A DNA stretch of 64,000 nucleotides, taken from assembly GCA_038496445.1 (NCBI GenBank), contig JALMLS010000093.1, positions 744,001 through 808,000 of the forward strand. Reading direction: 5' to 3'. A model generated the notes under the pieces. It did no database searches, had not been told where the DNA came from, and saw only the letters and a list, made by a program, of their open reading frames with translations. Of the stretch, positions 38,669 through 51,900 are shown piece after piece (the stretch's first letter is position 1; every line of letters starts with the position of its first letter). Source of the stretch: Trichosphaerium sp. ATCC 40318 (lineage: Eukaryota; Protista; Tubulinea). The position numbers and the translations under genes are program-made.

Positions 38669-40420
38669 ATGATATCCCACGTGATAACTACAATACTTAC
38701 AGTGTTTGTTGTTGTTGTAAACACTCAGTGCGTACCTCGAGACGCTAGTATTGCAAGTTGGTGGAAGTTTGAATCGATTTCGGTAAACAACGTGTCTGAT
38801 ACTTTTGATTCGCGTGTTGGTACCATTTCTGGCTCTGGCTACTCGAAAGTCACGGCGCGTTTTCTATATTAATGAACAGCGGTTATTAATGGGAAAATAG
38901 GGTCGCGTTGGCGATGGTCTACAGATGGGTGGTGCCGCTTATCTATTGATTGAAAATAACGATATATTTTCGCCTAATCAAGGTATTTTTCACTTCATTT
39001 TCATAGCTACCCACGTGTCTAATCTTTCTGCTAGGAAGCTTTAGTGTTGATATGTGGATAAACAAAGCGTCACTCGGTAGAATGTTCCTGATTCATCATG
39101 AGTCTAGTGTAGGGTTCAGCATATCACTCGGTGAAGCTATTGGCACTGTGCTAAATTATTTCGTTAGATTTTGTGCGAACAAAGATTCCGTTACTGTATC
39201 TTTAATTTTTTGTTACAGCTAATCGTCTTTCCGTACAAGCCGGCACTGGTAAATTTAATCTAACTACTTGGCATCACATTGTGTTTACGTTCCACAGGTA
39301 CTGTAGCTAGTTGGGTAATTTTTTTTACAGAAAAAAAATAGGAATGATACTGCTGACTTTGGAGAGATTGTTATATACATAGGTTAGTTTTTTTCTTATC
39401 TATTCGAATTTGAACTAATATTCAAAATATAGATGGTGTTGAAACTTCTCGGGATGGCGGAGTTGGCAGAAGCATTGATACAGATAGTTCTACTCCATTC
39501 TATATTGGCTCAAATAATAATGGTGGAGAACGCTTCAATGGCATTATAGATGAGGTATTCTAAGTTTTATATCAATTCCAATCACCTTCTAAATCAATAG
39601 GTGACGTTCTATAAAGGCGTAGCTTTGAACCAGACATACGTTCAACAGATTTACAACGCAGGTAAGAAACTAATATTGTAAATTAGCTAAATGTTTGATT
39701 AAAGGATTATCTGGGTTTGGAAAATGTTTGCCTTTACTCGTGGGCACTACTGTTCCCACACTTGCGCCTGTGACGCCATTTGCAGTGCCATCGCAAACTC
39801 AAAGTAAGAAAAGATGTCTTTAATCTTGTATCCTCTAATGATTGCCTTTGAATAGCATGTATTGGCGCTCCAGGCGCTGAGTGTGATATAATTGAAGGCA
39901 AGTGGGTTGTGATTGATGATGTCGTGATTCAACCAACAACGAATATTCTGATTGAGACTTCAGTTTTGTTTAAAGGTATCCAATGCTTTATTAAATTGAA
40001 ACTAAATAATCTGGAGGTAATGTGAACGTGATGCAGAACTCAACAATATCTTTTTCCGCGAATACTACACTTACATTTCAAAAGTGTCCAACTTTCAATG
40101 ACACTCTCAATATTATTCTGACAGAAGTATCTGAGTCTGTTCATACACTACTCACAATTCCTCCAAATTGTGATGTATCGATCATTGACGCAACAACAGT
40201 GACAAGTGATGTTGAAGATGAATGTAGTCAGTTCTCTGTCATCAAAAAACAAACAGAACTTTCTGTAGTATGGGCAGTCAATGGTGGATGTAATGGCAGT
40301 GGTTTGAGCAACGGTGCTATTGCTGCTATTGCTGTCGTTGGCGTTTTAGTTGTGGTGGGTGCCACTGCAACTTTGATATTCCTACTTACATTCTACAACA
40401 AGAGATCATTTGTCATTTAG
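38669..40420 (+). CDS. LamG type-I membrane protein, member F (recent duplicate of E)
   Basis: Near-identical to E from the promoter (~38607 vs ~34752) through the introns; different TM segment; tail YNKRSFVI. Confidence 0.85.
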
Positions 40421-40744
40421 CTCATAATAAACTAGCAGCTTAACATTCTTTCGGCATTTTGCAGTATATTCACAGTGTTCGTTGTACATACGTGTATGTT
40501 CTGTATCGGACTCTAGAAATCCCGCCTAACAAAGTACTAAGCTTGGTAACTTACAGCAGATAAAGACAATGAATTTAGACGTTCTTGCACTTTGCACAAG
40601 AGTTATTGTCATTGTGTCGTTTTGACTTGCGTGCAATCACGTGATAATTATATAGCATTACTTTCAAGCTTATGGAAATCAAGTTAAGACCGAGAATGAA
40701 ATCACCTTAGCCCAGAGATTTGCAACTTTTATTTCGATAAGTAT

Positions 40745-43700
40745 TTATATTTCTACATTGGACACCTGCTCTGAAATTTCTTTAACATCCGCTTCTTCTT
40801 TAGAAGGAGTATCTTCAGGTGTAATCTGCTCTTCTTTGACAGGTTCGTCAGTTGTAAGTCCTGTGGCAGTTATATTTAGACGATAAATTGCAAGTGATTG
40901 CAGTGTACCTTTTTTCTCTGAAAGATATTTAATGCATCCTTTGAAAATCTCGTTTCGGAATTTTTTAGGTTTAAATGCTAGTATTGCTTCATAAACATCC
41001 TTTATACTAACTTCGTTTGTAGCACAGAATAAACCAAAGTCTTCGAGTGCCTAATGCGTATAAAGAAGAGAACACAAAAGCTGGTAAAATAGAGGAATCA
41101 AACAAGTACCTTTGCAAATGGTGGCTTGTTAAAAGTATGATAAAGTAGTGGTATTCCTAGCTCTGAAGCTGCCATGCACTGTTGTATTGCTTTGAGCTCC
41201 AAGTGACCGCCTACCCAACGATTTAGTAAACATATAAAATCGTTGATAATAAAGTACCAAAAGCACCACAGCCCTATAAGAAAAACGTAAGCAACGTGAA
41301 CACCAAAAACAAAACCCAAAAAGCCTTACCCAGTTTCCTGTTGAAGCAAGCAAATCACCACCTGTGTGATATTCTTCTGGTCTACATAAACCAACATACG
41401 CTTTGTTAATATCTCTATCTATATTCCTATTAAAAAAACTCATGTGAGTATACAGTTATAACCATTCTATCACATACTGCTTTTCAAATTGTCTATTTCC
41501 AAAGTTTACAACAGCGTCAATGCCTGAAGGTTCATTAACACGACACAGGTTTCTCTCATATTTCTTAGTACGTACAGAAAAGATGGTTATCTATACATCC
41601 AAGCGTGGCATTCATTGGAGTCTTATCTTCAAACGGACCTACACATCAAAAAAGGTTAGTTGCTAGCAATAACCTTGAACACTGATACAAGTTTTCAGTT
41701 GACATACCTGCGTATTTAAAGTCTCTTGCGTATCCACTGTACTGAGAAAATCTTTCAGTACCACTTATTACTATAGCTTCGTTTACGTTCATTTTTGGAC
41801 AAAGGAACATCGACTTGAGTGGAAAAAAAATTAACAATGCTTCAACACATCATATCTGAACAATACGTACAACATAGCATTCAGGCTTTATCGCAAATAA
41901 AATCTCTTCTTGGACACAACCACCTGACACAAAGGTAAGCATAAAATTAAGCAATAGAGGATCAGAAATATAAGAAAAAGAGTGGTGGTAAATATTACCG
42001 TGCAAAGCACCACCGCCAATGAATTGATTTGCAAAATCTGCATGGAACTTTGCTGGTGAATCTTCAATCTTCATCTTATCATCAACCTTTATTTGTAGTA
42101 ATGGCTTGGTACTTGTAGACCAATCAACAAAGGTATCAACTACCTATAGTACGACGGTAAGCAGAAAATTATAAGAAAAAAACAACAACTCACTTTTCGA
42201 TGTATCACTACGTTGCCAGTAGGCATTTGTTTTTGACTATACTTACCATGTTAAATCTTCTATTAATAGGTATTTAATAAATACGTACACACGCCTAAAG
42301 TATTGCATAATGCAGAGAATGACAGACTAAGTAAATTTGTTAAGATAGAGTTTTAGCTGAAAAAAAGAGAATAAAAAGCTCACTTCTGCAGTGTTTGAAT
42401 AAAGTGATTCCTGACCAGCAGCAGAGGCGTAATCTGTCATAAATAGCAGACTAAAATCACAATCATTGAATCCCAAACCACTACAACGTAGTTAACAAAG
42501 ACGAAAAAATTAACAAATAAAAAAACTGAATAACGAAAAGATTTGTACTCTACGCTATGAAGTACACAACATAACACTTACCCATGTATTATATTTGGAT
42601 GCTCAAATGTACAAAAGAAAAAGTGAGATAACAAACAAGCAACCTAACAAAAGATAAGTAAAAAAGAATACTAGTAATGGAAGTTGTAAAAAAACAGTTT
42701 TGTAAATGTAATCACATCGAAAACGTACTTGTTCTCTTGTAAGTACAAGCTTAGTATCTTTACCAGCTGGTAAAATATCAAGTTTATCGGGGAAGAGCTC
42801 TTCTATCTTCAACGCCAACTTTTGAATGAACGGCAATAGAACATTAAAGAACTCATCTAAACAAGAAAAATATCAGAAAACCTTTCTTGAAGGAACATCA
42901 TACCTTTGGATTCCTTTCTCGATGCAGCTTCGCAAAACTCATCTGAGTAGTAAGCCCTTGATAAAATAAATTAGAAATGGATAAAAATACAAAACGAGAA
43001 GAAGACTGTTATGTGTACTTGAAAAAGTTTGCATTGTTGCTTGCTCCGCTATCAGACAATTTATTGAATAGATCATCAAGCTGTTCAAGTGACTTAACAT
43101 CACTTGATAATAACTTTTTATGTTTCGCCCACTTATCAGTGGCCATATGTGGTAAATAAGCATGAGTGAAAGCAATGCCATCTTCGAAGAAAGTTAAGTA
43201 AACGAAGACGAAGTCAAATTATTGTTCTTTTTTTTTTGAAGAATTTATGGCACTCTTGTCGACAAATACATGCGATTCAGTAAATGTCGTTGTGTAACGT
43301 ACCTGTTAGAGACATGACAGCTTTATTAATGTCCTCTCTAACGGTTTTTAAGTGTGTAACTACCTCTGGAGTAACATCTATTTTAAAGTGGATGCCAATG
43401 CGTTTAAACCCTTATTTTAACGTGTTAGACGCATAGTTGCTTAAATAAGACGCTTACCTATCTTTAACAGAATAGAATAACGATCAGGGAACTTCTTGAA
43501 AGTCTTTTTGAATGAACTAGCGCTTGTGTGTATCTTTTGGTGCCGTTCGTTGTCTGGATGCTCAATAATGTTATGTACAGTTCTACGCAACCAACCAATA
43601 GCCGTAAGCACCTAATAAGCGTTAAAATAGCGTAAACATACGTTTATACGCGCGTCAGATAAACTGATATCTTCAGTTGGCTTTATTTTAGCCAGTAATT

Positions 43701-43822
43701 CCGCTACTGACTCCTACAGAACTAATTAGGTGTTGATTGTCATAATTTAAACTTACTGTTGGAACAACACAGTCAAGTTGCTCTTCTTCGTTTTCTTCGC
43801 CGGTGGTGCTTGTGTTACCCAT
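40745..43822 (-). CDS. PARG: Poly(ADP-ribose) glycohydrolase with an N-terminal PUB-like domain
   Basis: [29 protein letters not shown] (GGG-x6-8-QEE signature), ERFSQYSGYARDFKY, RDINKAYVG, TGNWGCGAFGGHLELK. Confidence 0.9.
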
Positions 43823-43908
43823 CTTTACCCCTTTTTGTATGTTCTAAGTGACGTAACGTTAAGTTGTTGAGTGTTTTTGCCGAATTTCATAAACAATTGC
43901 GTTGAAGA

Positions 43909-46900
43909 ATGGAGAAATCTGAAGATGATGACGACGAAGACAATGTCGTACAAACTGAATCAATTTTTAGCACAAGTACAGCGGAGGTTAAAACGAAAGT
44001 GAAGAAAGATAAACCCACGCTTGGTGGTGGCTCAGCTATTGTATCTGCGAAAATTAAGAATGTAAACGACAATAATGTAACGGCAGTCGCTCAATCCCGT
44101 CCCTCTACAGATAGTGCTATCCCCAGATACACGTAAGACGCAAAAATGTGACTTGTTCATTAATTTGTAATTAAGAAGCGGACTGAGTCCAACAAGCGGT
44201 GTTACGCAATTAACAGAAGCACAACTAGCGCTTGAGAGTGTCATGGGGTACGTGCGTCACAATACTAATTAACCGTAATTAAAAATCAATCCCATATCCT
44301 AATAAACGCCTAGTCTTCATGCTCAATGCACTCATAAAATAAAAGAGCTTAAGTATGCAACAATGACAGTTTCTCATTCCAAATACGATACTACCCAAGA
44401 TAAATACCCAGAGTTCGTACAGGTACGCGAAACATATCACAGAAAGAAACTATACGCCAATTTTTAAACTAGAAAGGCAGAAAATAACTAATTCCCAAAC
44501 AAAAAAACAACTTGCCTAAAACTAACCCTCTCAACTTAAGAAAAGTCTTGCTCTACAACGTACACTCCAATTATTTCTTGCTAAAGAAATAGGTGTTCTT
44601 AAAAAAGGGTGAGTAGCACGTGATTTAGCACGTGTATAATTAAAATATGTTATCTTATTATTTCACACAGAAAACACGTGGATATTGTTTCTGGGCAAAG
44701 ATATGTTGAGGACAAGATGTTTCAATTCTTCTCAAGGAAGCCCATTGCTTTACTGAATTCTCAAATAAGTTTTCTTGAAGGTATACTTGCAAGACAAAAG
44801 AAAGGTCCGTAAATCATTCCTACACTAAGTAAGGTGTTCATACAACTGATGTCTTTTAGATGATAAATTTGCAGCAGAAAGGCTAAGACAACTGTCAAAG
44901 CAAGGAAAGAGTATTCACAATCTAAAGCATAAACTGTACTGACATATTCTTTCTCACCTTGTTCTTATATTCCATAAAGGTTTAAGGCATTTACAAAGCA
45001 ATCTACGCCTTCAGTACTAGATAAACTTTTGGCTGATCCCGTTACACCTCCAAGCAAACGTATAGAGAAGTTTATGCGTTCTTTCTCAGCGTTGAAGGCA
45101 GCTAAAGCTAGTGGACATGTCGTAATAGATGAAGGTATTATAGACATACATGCGTTGAACTAATCACTTCGTTAGTACCTAAGTTTGGTGCATTTGTAGA
45201 GCGTCTGTCTCGGAGGATAGTTGCTTATTATACAATGTCAAATTTTGAATTAATTGATGTCATTCTCGCTGTGGAGAAGCGTATTTTCCCAAAGCTTTAT
45301 CAGAAACTGATGTCGTATGCTGATCAATCAGAAGCTGATAAATCATTTTTGGATAAATGCCGTAAGTCGTATTAGGATTATAACAATCACCATTAATCCT
45401 ATTATAGGAACCTTTGAGACTGCCACTCAAAAACATATGTTAATACCTGAGTCTATGCGAAGCTCTGAGATTCTACCATATATAGGTGCTATAGCACAAC
45501 TACGCACAATATTTTTCTGCAACACACCATCAAGGAAACTGTACGCACAATCAATGAAAACACTCTATCTAAATTACAATAGCTTATGTTTGCGGTCATG
45601 CATTTCGAGCCTCAAAAAAACAGCTAAAGCTGAATCTAAACTTAAAAAGATACCAAATAAAGCCATAGAAGCTATTTTACGCTTTGTTATAGTTCGTGCT
45701 AAAGTTAGAGGACTCCAAACTTCATTGTATTTTATAGGTAAAAACTCTTTTTTTTCCATGCATCTTTTCATTTATTGTTTTTCCTCAGAAAAAACAGCAG
45801 CGGACTCGATGCAACATTCTCAGCTTTGGAAGCACTTTAAGATGTTCAAAAAAGTAATTGATGACCTCATATGTACGTATGACTTTAAAAAAACGAGTAA
45901 TGAGCGAATCAATCTAAACTTTCTTGTTGTAGCACTAAAAATAGAAGATTTGGATATCACTGAAGATGTTGTCGGTAATCAATTTGTTGTATTTGAACGT
46001 GGTATGTTATCAATTATACTATACGTGTTGTAATAATAACTCGCTTCAGCAAAGTATGCTGATTGGGCCGCACGTGATGTTCATCTTGACTTGGTTAAAA
46101 AGAAAGCAATTATTTCTGGATATGAGCTTTTTGTTGTCTCACAATGGTACTACCGGCCTCTTTATCAATATCTTGTAGGACTTCTCTCTGAATACTTTAA
46201 TAGGATGGGCAACCCTTCTAGATTCTTCTGTACCATTGCTGTACCAACTGGTAACCCTGATGATAAGGTAAGTTCATTATTGAGAAAGGCTTTTGTTATA
46301 ACAATTTCATCTCAGGTTTGTGTCGCTGTTGTTCGTTGCAACAAAAATCTCAGTTTCTCTCAACAAACTTTTATGGAAAACTTGTTTTTCAAACCTACAA
46401 CAGCAGGATTTTCGGCACAGCAAGTACGAATACCACTTAAGTTTGTGAGACTTTGAAATAATTGTATTTCTAAGACACCTCATGGCTCTGTGATTGTTAC
46501 AGATGTATCAAAGTTACCTCGTCTTGATTTCATCCAAATTACGGACGGAGATTATGATAACCATGTGGAGAGGTTAAGGCTTCAGTTATCACTAAAGCGT
46601 ATGTCTTGTTACAAAGGAAAAATAGGAATCGATACAAACTTGTGCGTACTGAAAAAGAAACTGTTTTTTTTTTTGGCTTTTGTTTGTGCTTCTCTCATTT
46701 GATTACTAGGGAAAAGAATGCAGATGTTGATAGGTTTTATAAGAGCTTTAAGTTGAAGAGAAGTGTGAAACTTGCAGTAGCAGTGAAGAATCTTGTAAAA
46801 GAGATACAGATCTTACTACGTCACTTGTATAAAATATCAGTATTTAGTGCGACAAACGGTTTTTATAATGATGTCACTTGGGGTGCTGTTAAGGTGCTCT

Positions 46901-48301
46901 TATCAATCCTTTGTTGTATTGTTATTTTTAACCCATTATATATCTAGCGATTCCAAGAGGAGTACATAAAATTAAATCCAAGCGTAAGCACCTGCGTTTG
47001 TTTTTACTTTTTTTTTGTACATTTTCTTATTATTTTCTTAGGTAGATATTAAAACAAATGGAAAGCTTGAGCGTAACACTTTGAATGCTTTACGTCAAAC
47101 GTTCTTTGCACATGTTTTTAAGCTTCAATCTTTAAAGTTTCACGTTGACAAAGACCCATTAAGATATCCAGTAAGGCACTCTTTTTATGTTCTTTGTCAA
47201 ACTTAACAATCACTTTAAGTTGGATTTTGCTCGAATTGTCAACAAGTTTCAACTCTCTTGTGGTATTATGCCCAATGGTATGCTTGGTCCTAGTACAGTA
47301 AAGAAGCTGGATTTATTCTATGCTATGGAGTGTAGCGACATACCTATTCCTAAACAGAAGCGGTTTGAGTTAGTTGATGTTGAAAGATTTCAACTTGAAA
47401 GACGTTTGTCTTTGGAAAGAAATAAACAACGTCAATACTCGCTTGAGCTTGCAAAGCATGCTGAAGAGAAAGATAAACTAAAAGCACAGGTAAAAAAACT
47501 AAATACACAAATGTTAATCTGGTAGCCTCAGCACCGGATGTTCAAACATTTGGGTCTTTAACGCACAAGTTTGAATTCTTTTCTTTTTCAAAACTCATGC
47601 TCAGAGCTTTCTGCCTTTCTTGTAATATAATATTAATAAGTGTATTTAGATTGAACGTGAAGCAAAGTCTAGGAAAGGTATAGAAAAAAAGTTAAAAGAC
47701 AAAGAAACTGAGTTAAAAACACTTAAAACACTTGTACCAAAAGACCCTAAAACTGGCACTAAAAAAAAATCCAATGTCAAAAGAGAAGAACAAAATAGCA
47801 CAGGGTCACCATCAGATAGTGGCAGCCTACAAGAACAGCGTAGATTAAAGAAAACAAAAGAAAGAACGGTACATAAACTCCAAAACGAGAAAAAAAGAGG
47901 AAATCTAGCCGTACGATGCATATGCTTTTTCTCGCCATACCTCCAAACAAATTGAGTCCTCAGTCGCTGGAAAATGGATATAACTACCAGGAATGAAACA
48001 GGGAAGATTATGTGGAGTGGTGGTGATGAGAAAAAGCACTTGCATCACACGGCCAGATTTCCAAACTTCCGTTTGTTCGCTTTACGTTTTAAAGCTGACT
48101 CATATTTTAAGATAACAGCACCTAAACGTGCTCTTTCTGGTGTTACTGCAAGAACAAGTTTATCTTCTGATGATAATGCTGTAAGTCCTGACAAACCCTC
48201 TTTTGTTGTTTTTTTTTCCATACATACAGTTATAGGTTAATATTATTACATAGGTATTAGAAGACATGTATAAAGTGAATGCTGCCAGTGACAGTGATTA
48301 A
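43909..48301 (+). CDS. VPS9-like + STB6-like + peptidoglycan-binding-like repeats + coiled-coil protein
   Basis: AIAQLRTI..CNTPSRKL.CL...ILRFVIVRA....L.TSLYFI (VPS9). GYELFVVSQW, TIAVPTGNPDDKV, DGDYDNH...LKRMSC (STB6 N-terminal type). GFYNDVTWGAVKRFQ and FQLSCGIMPNGMLGPSTVKKL (PG_binding_1 type). Confidence 0.7.
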
Positions 48302-48902
48302 AAGAAGAAGTTAATAATATAATTTTAAAATGGTTTGTAATACCTGCTCCACTAAACAAGAGTAATTAAATGTAATATAAGTGTGAATAACTTCTTACTT
48401 CGTATCACCTTTATGACGTCAAACGTCTATAAATTTTATTACTCTTTGCAGGTAAATAACAAGTCTTTACTACCATCAGAAATCAATCTGTCTAGTTTTA
48501 TGTGCCCATGTGGAGAGTACTTGAATGTTTTAAGAATCCTCCTGCAAAGACAACTGTTTTTGAGTGAAAAGTAACTTTCTTTAATTCGAACTAAGCCCAT
48601 CGTATGATCCCACACGTACTATCCCTTATTCAATAGGTCTACGTATAATTCGTTGAAACAAGTGGTTGTCATGGTTGGAGCTATTTTCTTTTTTCTTTTA
48701 TTAAACAGTGTGTAAAAATACAAGTTTTTGATTTGATTTGATAGAGCTTTGCAATCTACACAAACCAATTCATCTAGACGTACACATTTGATTTTTTTAT
48801 GTGTTACGCGAGTAGTGGATGAGGGGTTTTTTGTTCCAGTACAAGGTGTTTAAACACCTTTCTTTCACTTTTTCTGGTTGTGAAACGTGCAAAAAAAAAA
48901 CT

Positions 48903-51900
48903 TCACAATCCAGAACCAATGTTGTCAAGGTCAGATAATGCTTCATTAACTTCTTGTCTTGTTGTTGTGCTTCTTGGATCCATTTGCTTAGAGCGTAACT
49001 TCTTATCTTGTCTACGTTTCTCACGTCGTTCAAGACGTCGTTTTTCAGCTTAAAACAAGAATGTTAAATCTCCGCTTTAGGATTTTTATTTTGTGTTTCA
49101 TCTATAAAACTACGTACCTTCAGCATTAGGTGCCCGGACTTTTGTCCCTGCTGTTGAAGCTTTACGTTGTCTCGGTTTTTTCTTCCTTTTTGTAGTAGGA
49201 GATGTAGCTAAAGAAAGAAAAGTAAGTACAAAGGTTACCTTGATGTTCAAACTGGTTTTCAAAGAAGAAATTTTTAGCATGCTCTTACGCGAGTCTGAGG
49301 TTTTCTTTCTTGCAGACTTCTTGCGCCGTCTTTTACTTGGAGATAAGGCACTATCATTAACTGATGTAGGATCATTCGAAGCTGCGCTATAAGTATTACT
49401 GATAGTGTAATCCAAGTCTAAATCAATGCCCAATCCAGCCATAGACTTATTGCTCTCTTGGTGCCGTTTGTATGTTTGAAGTAATCTTGGAGAAGTAATT
49501 TGAGTCTCTTGATGATGTTGTACAGACTCTTCTCCTTCTCTTATGAGATCATCAATAGTTTGTTGTATTGAAGCGCAATCTAAACACCAAAAGTCAAAAA
49601 AAATACTTGCGAAAGAAAAAAAAAGAAACCAAGATGATTTCTTACCTTCACCAGCTCTTGTGATTGGATTGTTTGGTCCTAGGCCCTGTGTTAGATGTAT
49701 TTAAAGGTACATATATTTTATCGTACTATGCGAAGTTCTTGGGACTGATCTAGGGGAAGTGTACGTTGAAGAAAGAGCATTAGCTGGTGGATTAGTATTG
49801 TAACCGACTCCACCAATCAATGGATTTCTTTGTCGTAAAGTTGGAGACGACCGTGGGCTTACTCCAATAGGATTTAAAAAAGCATCAGTTTCTTCATGCT
49901 CCTTTTGTAATTCAGCAACAAAAGCATCAACTTCGTCAACAGGCATTGTTTCTAAACATTAAGAAAAAAATAAGAAAAAAGAAAAAAGATGTACAAAACA
50001 AAATAAAGCTTACCAAGGGTTGTATTATTCTGTACTCTAGGAGAAGTGCTTTGATGTGTGTTGAATTGATTTGATCTACTAGATATCGCTCTCGTATGAC
50101 CAGCTTTAGTACGTGCATTCTTATTGTCAAAGCGGTTTCCAAAAACTAAAAAAAAGTTAGTACTTGCTAAAGACTTCTATGCTTGCCTTCACGCATAATT
50201 GCGTCAGTTTTACTCTTAGCTGATCCGCTTGTATTAGTACCTCTTGGTGTAACAGCTGGTGAACATTCGATACTTGGGGAAGGAGGAACTGCATCCTCAA
50301 CATCAAAACCAAATTCTTTTTCGATATCATCTAATGACATTTTTGGTTCAAGGTTACCTTGCAGTTCAGGTGTCACTTGTATTGATGGTTGTGGTTGTGG
50401 TTGCGGCAGTGGCTCTTCTATAGGTATATCAAAGTCAGTCACAGCTTCCATAGATGATATTATATCATCAAAAGCATCTGAGATTGCAGGCGCATCGAAT
50501 GCTTCCTCAACTGCTGGTTGTACAATCTCTCGTTCAATAATGACTGGAAGTACTTCTGGTTCTACGATCTCTTCCACTACCTCTTTTGGTACTGTTCGTA
50601 GCGTAGGCCATGGTTCAGCTAGGCTATTATCGTTGTCTTTAGGAGAGACAGGCGGTGTTGCACGTAATTTAGGCCAAGGTTCAGCCTCTGACTGCTTCAC
50701 AATCGGAGTAGCATTGACAACTGGTTTTTTAATGATCGGAACTTTGATGTCTTCTTCAACCACTATGTTTACTTCTGTTTCTATGGTTGCTGGTGGCGCG
50801 TTTGATTCTGTTTGATCCTTTACAGGACGTAATTTTGGCCAACTTGGTTGGCCCTCATCAATAGAAGAATCTTCAAGATCTGCTCTTGGTTTTTTCTTCT
50901 TTTTCTTTTTTTTCTTTATAATAACTACTGTTATTTTTGCTTTGAATGGTAACTCTGCTATATCGTCTACGACGACATCTTCTCCAAAATCTTCATCAGG
51001 ATATGTTATATGTATAATACTACTTGGTTTGGCACGTGCTTTGAGTCTTATACAGTCACGAAGCTAAAAGGAAATGAGCTTTTCAAAAAAGTTTTTTCTT
51101 ACCTCGGCTATTGTATCAAACTTGCCAACAATCTTATGCTTTACTTCACCAATACATGCTAATAGAACATGATCACGTAGTGCTTTCTTAGCCTATTAAA
51201 TAGTTAGTGTAACGATTATTGATACAAAAAACGGTAAAAGAGAACGTACCGGAGCTGCTTTAACAATAGGTTTACCTTGTATTTTTGGCAAAGCAACAGC
51301 AGGCTCTGTAGCCTTTACCTTTAAGCCAAAGCTTGATGGTGGATCTATAGAAACGCTAGCAATGCTAGGTGATGCTTCAGGGTATGATTGAACTTTGAGG
51401 GATGCTGATACATCCTCAACTGGTGTGACAAATTCTGGCGGCTGTTGTGTGGCTTGAATGGGTTCATGTAGTTCTTGAGGGGTTTTTACATCCACTGATA
51501 CGTCTACACTAGTCGTTTCTCCTTTCACAAATTCTGCAAAAGCATCATCGAGATCTAAACCACCAGGTGAAGTTTTAGGACTAAGTTGGGGAGAGATATC
51601 AGGGTTTGTAGATTTATCGTCTTCTCGTATTTTAGGGCTGAGTTCAGACGTTGGTACTTGACGTAGAGTAGGCCATTGTTCTCCAGATCCACCAATCTTA
51701 CCGGTAGCTGTAGCTGACGTTTCAACAAGTACTCCCTTTTTGGTTTCTTCTTTCTCAGGTTCTTCTTCTTTTTGTTGTCCGAATTTATCACCTTCCATAT
51801 CAAGCTCTCTTAGAAACGAGTCACCCCATGTATCAGTTCTCATTCTTAGATTATCATTTGAATCACTAGTAGATCCGGATGCATTGTTTGAGCTCAAACT

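Noticed and set aside
16874-43822. WGR protein and PARG as an ADP-ribosylation gene cluster
   Set aside because: They are 22 kb apart with unrelated genes between; no support without conserved synteny.
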